Shown piece by piece: positions 58,257 through 64,000 of a stretch of DNA of 64,000 bases (its first letter is position 1; the number at the start of each line of letters is the position of its first letter). Location of the stretch: assembly GCA_016699595.1 (NCBI GenBank), contig CP064982.1:443829-507828 (forward strand), written 5' to 3'. The notes below the pieces were generated by a model that saw only the letters and a list, made by a program, of their open reading frames with translations, was not told where the DNA came from and did not search any database. The position numbers and the translations under genes were made by a program. This DNA is from a bacterium. GTDB taxonomy: Bacteria; Patescibacteriota; Dojkabacteria; GCA-016699595.

Positions 58257-59723
58257 TCAGAAGTTCACAACTATCTGCTTATCTATACTCATTGATTCAA
58301 TTGCATCCTTCATCCCTTGAACGCCTATTCCTGAATTCTTTGTGCCCGCAAAAGGGAAATTATCTGGACCTCTATCTGATTTTGCGTTGATTTGAATCGT
58401 TGAAGATTCAAGTTGATTTGCTATATAGAATGCTTCGTTTATATCTTGAGTGAAAACATCGCTTTGAAGTCCATACTCAGAAAGATTAGCTAACTTTATC
58501 GCTTGATCTATTGTTTCTACTTGAAAAACAGGTAATATAGGTGCAAATTGTTCTTCGTCAAAAATGCGAATTTCCTTTATCTTTTTTTCATCAAAGGTAG
58601 CAGATGAAAATAGAATATTCGGATAAATCAGATTCTTATCTCTTTTAAATGGGTTTATAAAATTCATTCCTTTTGATACTGCGTCATGAAACAGTTCCTC
58701 TGCATAATTTGCAGCAGAGGTTGAAATAAGTGGAGTTATAACTACATTCGTATCAAGTGGACTTCCAACCTTCAACTTATTCATCTCAATTTGTAGTAAA
58801 CTTAGAAAGACATCAAATATGTCCCCTTGTATAAGTACTTTCTTTACTGCAGTACATCTCTGACCAGAGTAACTAAATGCTCCCTTTACTATTTGTTGCA
58901 CTGATTTCTGAACATCTGCTTTTTTGGTCACAATCGCTACATCCTTACCACCAAGTTCCATTAGTGGCGTCTTGAAACCAACCTTGCGTTGAGAACTTTC
59001 TGCTAAAACAGAATAAATATGTTTTCCTACTTCTGTAGAACCAGTAAAGTTCACCATATCCACATTTTCATTTTGTACTAGTAAATCACCAATTTCAGCG
59101 CCCTTCCCAGTTATAAAATTCAGAGAACCTGTTGGGAGGTTTTTCGAGAATATCTCTGCAAGTATATAGGCAACCAGACTACCTTGTGTTGCTGGTTTGA
59201 AAACAACTGTATTTCCTGCAAGAAGTGCAGGAACAATTTTCGAAACTGATAAGTTTATAGGGTAATTGAATGGTGATATACAAAGAACTACACCTATAGG
59301 AACTTTTGTTACTATTGAAACTTTTTGACTATGTTTATATCCTCGCATCATTCCAGAATCCAATACTCTACCTTCCATACTTTTTGCTATCTCACAAGAT
59401 GTATAAATAAATTCAGCAGATCTAACAACTTCATCAAGTGCAGAAGCGTATGGTTTTCCAACTTCATGACTAAGAAGTTTCGCAATTTCTTCTTTTCTTA
59501 AGATAAGTTCTTCAGCAACTCTTTTGATTAGCTCTGTCTTTTCATATGTAGAAACTTCACTCCAGATTTTGTACGCATCTCTAGCAGCAGTATACGCATC
59601 ATTAACTTGTAAGCCATTTGCAAGAGCAAATTCTCCCAATTCTGAATTATCAGATACAGAAAATACTTTTTGATACTTTTCAGTTTTGACTTTAATTGCA
59701 TTAATTATTAGATCGTTTTTCAT
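58257..59723 (-). CDS. gapN: NADP-dependent non-phosphorylating glyceraldehyde-3-phosphate dehydrogenase (GapN-type aldehyde dehydrogenase)
   Basis: It is near-collinear with Streptococcus GapN: ISPFNYPINLSVSKIVPALLAGN, FTGSTEVG, ELGGKD, catalytic YSGQRCTAVKKVLIQ and the C-terminal NFPFAGTKNSGIGVQG. Confidence 0.8.
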   Translation of the reverse strand: MKNDLIINAIKVKTEKYQKVFSVSDNSELGEFALANGLQVNDAYTAARDAYKIWSEVSTYEKTELIKRVAEELILRKEEIAKLLSHEVGKPYASALDEVVRSAEFIYTSCEIAKSMEGRVLDSGMMRGYKHSQKVSIVTKVPIGVVLCISPFNYPINLSVSKIVPALLAGNTVVFKPATQGSLVAYILAEIFSKNLPTGSLNFITGKGAEIGDLLVQNENVDMVNFTGSTEVGKHIYSVLAESSQRKVGFKTPLMELGGKDVAIVTKKADVQKSVQQIVKGAFSYSGQRCTAVKKVLIQGDIFDVFLSLLQIEMNKLKVGSPLDTNVVITPLISTSAANYAEELFHDAVSKGMNFINPFKRDKNLIYPNILFSSATFDEKKIKEIRIFDEEQFAPILPVFQVETIDQAIKLANLSEYGLQSDVFTQDINEAFYIANQLESSTIQINAKSDRGPDNFPFAGTKNSGIGVQGMKDAIESMSIDKQIVVNF

Positions 59724-59734
59724 GTTTAAATATG

Positions 59735-60178
59735 TTAATTTTTGTTTATACTTGTCGTTGAGGAAGATTCTCCAACTCCCATAAATATTGAATTATTACA
59801 ATTTGCATCACAATATACTCTCTTATAATTTTTTGGTAATTCATAATTATTATCAAGTAGCCAACCGTCAAGTTTCAGTATAATGTCAGATTCAGAAAGA
59901 TACAATGAATTGACAAATACAATCTTCTGACTATCATCAATTAAAATACTCATATCTTCATCATTATATATATTTTTTAGATCAGGCAAATCATCTATGC
60001 TAACTGTACTAGTAATTGAATTCGTCATATTAGAACCATTATTTGTTACCTTTTTATTTCTTGATACTAATAAGTTTATAGTAATTAACAAAGCACATAG
60101 GATAATTGCAAAAACAAATATCAAAATAGAATACTTCTTTGAGTTTTGAATTGAATTATTTGATAAATTTGTAGACAT
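59735..60178 (-). CDS. hypothetical membrane-anchored protein
   Basis: 147 aa with an N-terminal TM. It abuts the start of gapN. Confidence 0.35.
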   Translation of the reverse strand: MSTNLSNNSIQNSKKYSILIFVFAIILCALLITINLLVSRNKKVTNNGSNMTNSITSTVSIDDLPDLKNIYNDEDMSILIDDSQKIVFVNSLYLSESDIILKLDGWLLDNNYELPKNYKRVYCDANCNNSIFMGVGESSSTTSINKN

Positions 60179-63100
60179 TAATTTATAAAGTACTGTTTAA
60201 ATTTTGCAGAATTTTCAACAACCTTACGGCAATATGTGAAATACGTAGGATTATCAGGAGAACAACTCCCAAGGTAGCCTTCGGCAGCTTTCCAAATATC
60301 TCCATTTGTCCAGTTTGTACATTTATCTCCTTCTACTCCTCTGGCACTAGCTTTCTGTCTGATAATCAAGGTACTTCCACACATTCCATCTCCAAAATAG
60401 TACCTTTCAGATTGATTCGCTGACCTACTAGAATTGACTAATTGCAAGCAGTTTGAGAATAAAGTTGTACCTGCTACATCTGGCCAAGTATTAGAATTGA
60501 TTTGAAAAGGACCCCTCACATCACAATCACCCCTTCGTATACATTCAGCATTGTTATCTTTCATTAATATATCATCAGTGAAATTCCCAGTGGCCGAAAC
60601 AACTGGATGTGCACAATTTGATTCATTTTGCCAAATAGCCATAAGAAGCTCAGGTGGAATACATGCATTTCTTGAAGTATCTTTAACCAACTTTACAATT
60701 TCAGGTATTGCAAAAACGCCCTGACAATTTCTTGAGATATTACCATTCTCTATTTCAGGTACTTGAGATGCACTAGGTTTAATATTACATTTAAATGGAT
60801 TATATTCCAAATTATCTACCTTTTTTTTGTCATCTGACACATTGACATTCAAAAAACCTTCATCCACCATTTCTTTATATGTCAACATACCATTTCTACA
60901 TAAATACACACCCATTTGATCATACTTGTACATATTTTCATTTGAATTACTATCACACAAACACATGAAGTAATTATTCGTAGAAGAACATTTCTGTAGT
61001 AACATATTTTCATTTGAGTTCATATTGAATCCCACCATCGAAAGATGCTGATTTATCAAAGCTACAGTGCCAAGCCAAGGAAATTGTGCAGAGGTAATCT
61101 GATAGTCCATATTAGAACTTATAACTGGTCTTTTATATCCAGACAGCAAGCCATTGTTTGGATTTACGCATTGTGAATCTGAAGTTTTCCCAGTATTTAT
61201 AGATTCACTTTGACTAACTGAATATTTCCGTATATACAAACTTGCCTCAGTATGAACATTTTGATTTATACATATTCTATTTTGTCGCAGTAAAGAATCA
61301 GCAGAATTAACTTGATAAGATAATCCATTTGCATTTGATTTGTTTGAATATTCCAACCTTTTTGCCCATTCCCATGCAGTTCTCAGTACCCTAAGAAGTC
61401 CATCTGCCGAATCAATTGTAGGTGCACTACTCCAACTCCTAAGTAGAAAATGTCCGTGAGGAGGTTCGTTTTGATTTATAGATGCACTTTCTGTATAGCC
61501 CCAAAATGGAGCAGGATAATCGCCAGAAATCGTATAAAAATCATTATAGACATTGCTACTAGTCAAAACATTCCTTTCGATTTGTTTAAGTTTTGTGCTG
61601 GGATCTGCAATTCTAGGCTCATCTTTTCTGCAATAATTCACCAAACAAACCGGATTTAAAACTGATATTCTTTGTGTTGAATTTGTTGTTTCAATTACAG
61701 CTCCAGTTAATCTATTTTTTCTGACTGTTCTCACAACTGTCGATGGAAAGTTATCACATGCTACATTATAACTATATGTACTTGCATTATTAGGTTTGCT
61801 TTCATCGGTATTTTGCAATGTTACTTTAGCTGTTGGATCTCCCAAGTATTTATATCCGCCTTGATATGGTTTAAATAGATACGAGCAACTTACTTCATAT
61901 CCATAAGGTGTTGTGGTATTTTTACCTACCAGTTCAGTACTAATAGCATATTCATCACTCATTACTTCAGATGGTGTCAATTGAAACTTTGCGATCTCTT
62001 CCAATGTATAATCTTTGAGTTTGGAAACTACATTCTTTTTTATATCTTGATTTACTTTTACAACATAGTTTATACTGTCCTTACTTATATCATTGGCACT
62101 TGGTATTGATGAAAATGGAAATAAAAATTTACCATAATAACCCCTTAAAGATTTTAAAGCTTGGTTTGTAGCTCTAAATTCAGTGCCATTTTGTCCAATG
62201 TAATAATTTCTCAATGAACCACTGTAATAATTAGTTATTTTGAAAGAATCGGAGATTACATTTGGTTCAAAAACTACCCCAGATTCTTCAAGATAATCCA
62301 AGTAATCATAACCATATAGTTCCACTGCAGTACCAATTTGATATGGAATACTAGAACCGGTAGATAATTGAATGTTGGAATTAACCTTCCTTGTCATGTC
62401 AAAAGCTTCATCAGTATTCATTCGATTCACATAATTTCCATATTGTATGAAATCCAAATCTTCCGTACCCGCAGCACTTGTATTGACCAAGGATTGAGTC
62501 ATCGGCATATTCAACCTTGCTGTAGTAACTATATTTCCTGAATACAAAACATCTATCGGGGTATTTACCAAAGTTGTAACAACACATTCATTACCACTGC
62601 AGTAATTGCCGATTTCTATGTCTCCGTACTTCAATTCTTTATCAGGCAAGTCGTAATAGCCTAAATAAATATCTTCAGATGAGTTTTCAACATTCACAAC
62701 ATCTTGTGATAAATCTTTGAATTTCAGGCGTTCTACTTCTACGAAAGAACTTTGCCCTGAACTAGTTTTTAACAATTCGCCAGTTTCTATATTTGTTTTA
62801 GCTAGATTTTCATTTGAACATGAATACGTGTATTTATTGGCACAACCTGCAACTTCCATAAAATCATACATTTGTGATTCATACCAGTATGTCCAATCAT
62901 TATTGATACCTGTAGTTGGTTCAGCTATATCTCCATAAATGCATCCATAGTAGTTACTTGAAAGAGGGCTGACACGCAGAGAGTAGTACTTATTGGCATC
63001 TTTTACCTCACCTGTTTTGCTCAAAATTTCATTCTCTCCTATCTTCGTATCAAGAGGTAAGTTCATCGCTATGTAATATCTACATGCTCGCCAATGATCT

Positions 63101-63981
63101 TTATCCGACAAATCAGCAAGACCTAAATCTGTTATTTTACCCTTGATTCTTGGATATTCATTTGTATAAACATTCTCTAACCTAGTATTTGCATAGTATT
63201 GATCTCTATCATAAACCGACCTCTCGAGATCAGTAAGTTGAGCAAAGATTTTCCCAGAAGGTTCTTGGCCCCTAATTCTAGATTCACCCAAAGGAGCACC
63301 ATTGAAGAGTAGCACTGCCTCTATATATGGATTTGTCATAAGTTGGAGCAACATATCATATTCATACTTCTTTGCCCATTCATCTGTTGCAGCAGAATAA
63401 ATTGGCTTGTTATCGACAGGATCTAGCCCTGTTTCAAGGAAAAATAGCTTTCTATCATTAGCTTTTGCATACTCAAGAGCATCCCTCAATTGAGGTATCA
63501 TAGTATTACCTTCAGCATCAAAGACATACATATTTATTGCAATTCCGACCAATCCACCAAAATCTGCATTAGCATCTTTCATTTGATTGAGGTATTCAAT
63601 ATCAGCAAGCGACATCACGGGGCTTAGCAAATTTATATGTTTTCTATATTTGTAGTAATCTTCTATTCTCAATGATCCGCCACAGTTGTAATTGCCCTTA
63701 TTTATATCATCGTCTGAAGTATTCAATGCACACTGAAAGGCTCGCAGTGTTGACAGATGATATATAACTGAATTCATATATCTGGTAACTTTGCCAGCAT
63801 CAATTTCAGGTATATCTGTTGGTATATTTGGTTCGTTTGGACCAGCTATAGCCCAAACTGATATATCATATCCGTTTGATTTAGTTTTATTTTCCAGTTC
63901 AATTGCTAATTTTGCAAGTTTAATTGAATACTTCTCAGCTGCATTGGATATTTGTGATTCATTTCTAGCTAGTGGGGCCAA
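60178..63981 (-). CDS. large (1267 aa) multidomain cell-wall-active-like protein: N-terminal GH-A-like (TIM-barrel glycosidase) motifs and a C-terminal lysozyme-like/SLT-like domain
   Basis: The N-terminus has WAIAGPNEPNI (an NEP acid/base-like motif) and, ~135 aa later, LFFLETGLD (a TE-x-G nucleophile-like motif), as in clan GH-A. The C-terminus has ...AIWQNESN... and ...RGPFQINSNTW..., resembling the E...GLMQI pattern of lytic transglycosylases. The protein is Cys/Tyr/Asn-rich. The start is bounded by an in-frame TAG immediately upstream, and no signal peptide is evident. Confidence 0.6.
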   Translation of the reverse strand: MAPLARNESQISNAAEKYSIKLAKLAIELENKTKSNGYDISVWAIAGPNEPNIPTDIPEIDAGKVTRYMNSVIYHLSTLRAFQCALNTSDDDINKGNYNCGGSLRIEDYYKYRKHINLLSPVMSLADIEYLNQMKDANADFGGLVGIAINMYVFDAEGNTMIPQLRDALEYAKANDRKLFFLETGLDPVDNKPIYSAATDEWAKKYEYDMLLQLMTNPYIEAVLLFNGAPLGESRIRGQEPSGKIFAQLTDLERSVYDRDQYYANTRLENVYTNEYPRIKGKITDLGLADLSDKDHWRACRYYIAMNLPLDTKIGENEILSKTGEVKDANKYYSLRVSPLSSNYYGCIYGDIAEPTTGINNDWTYWYESQMYDFMEVAGCANKYTYSCSNENLAKTNIETGELLKTSSGQSSFVEVERLKFKDLSQDVVNVENSSEDIYLGYYDLPDKELKYGDIEIGNYCSGNECVVTTLVNTPIDVLYSGNIVTTARLNMPMTQSLVNTSAAGTEDLDFIQYGNYVNRMNTDEAFDMTRKVNSNIQLSTGSSIPYQIGTAVELYGYDYLDYLEESGVVFEPNVISDSFKITNYYSGSLRNYYIGQNGTEFRATNQALKSLRGYYGKFLFPFSSIPSANDISKDSINYVVKVNQDIKKNVVSKLKDYTLEEIAKFQLTPSEVMSDEYAISTELVGKNTTTPYGYEVSCSYLFKPYQGGYKYLGDPTAKVTLQNTDESKPNNASTYSYNVACDNFPSTVVRTVRKNRLTGAVIETTNSTQRISVLNPVCLVNYCRKDEPRIADPSTKLKQIERNVLTSSNVYNDFYTISGDYPAPFWGYTESASINQNEPPHGHFLLRSWSSAPTIDSADGLLRVLRTAWEWAKRLEYSNKSNANGLSYQVNSADSLLRQNRICINQNVHTEASLYIRKYSVSQSESINTGKTSDSQCVNPNNGLLSGYKRPVISSNMDYQITSAQFPWLGTVALINQHLSMVGFNMNSNENMLLQKCSSTNNYFMCLCDSNSNENMYKYDQMGVYLCRNGMLTYKEMVDEGFLNVNVSDDKKKVDNLEYNPFKCNIKPSASQVPEIENGNISRNCQGVFAIPEIVKLVKDTSRNACIPPELLMAIWQNESNCAHPVVSATGNFTDDILMKDNNAECIRRGDCDVRGPFQINSNTWPDVAGTTLFSNCLQLVNSSRSANQSERYYFGDGMCGSTLIIRQKASARGVEGDKCTNWTNGDIWKAAEGYLGSCSPDNPTYFTYCRKVVENSAKFKQYFIN

Positions 63982-64000
63982 AATATCACATGTTCTAATG

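Overview
This is an AT-rich (~30-35% GC), gene-dense bacterial window. The short, divergent proteins with lineage-specific insertions suggest a reduced-genome bacterium, possibly Patescibacteria/CPR-like; that placement is an inference. The recognisable backbone runs in this order: a 5'-truncated murA, then the minus-strand block yidC, rplY, rpoB, rpoC, rpsL and rpsG. After these come an unannotated tmRNA (ssrA), secG, two membrane-anchored orphan ABC substrate-binding proteins, an M23 peptidase, serS, a radical-SAM SPL-like enzyme, argS, RNase Y, an ABC-F ATPase, HU, Bcp peroxiredoxin and tRNA-Leu/Cys/Gly. They are followed by a short pyruvate kinase, inorganic pyrophosphatase, ftsH, ADP-forming acetyl-CoA synthetase, a 2-oxoacid:ferredoxin oxidoreductase pair, tsaB, an NagZ-like family-3 glycosidase, a D-Ala-D-Ala carboxypeptidase and gapN. 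The region I would look at first is a co-directional minus-strand cluster at 47348-55636. It holds a membrane-anchored TraD/VirD4/FtsK-like P-loop ATPase, an 834-aa acidic bitopic protein, an FtsA homologue with no ftsZ beside it, a small CCC-motif bitopic protein and a stand-alone Lon-type AAA+ module with no protease domain. Other points worth checking are a tmRNA with a predicted long tag ending in -NFA, an apparently circularly permuted M23 domain, a three-member paralogous CCC-motif membrane protein family, a frameshifted MazG-like gene, GC-rich tandem hairpins inserted in-frame in the acetyl-CoA synthetase gene, and a 1267-aa protein with a GH-A-like N-terminus and a lysozyme-like C-terminus. 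No CRISPR array, rRNA or obvious transposase was seen.
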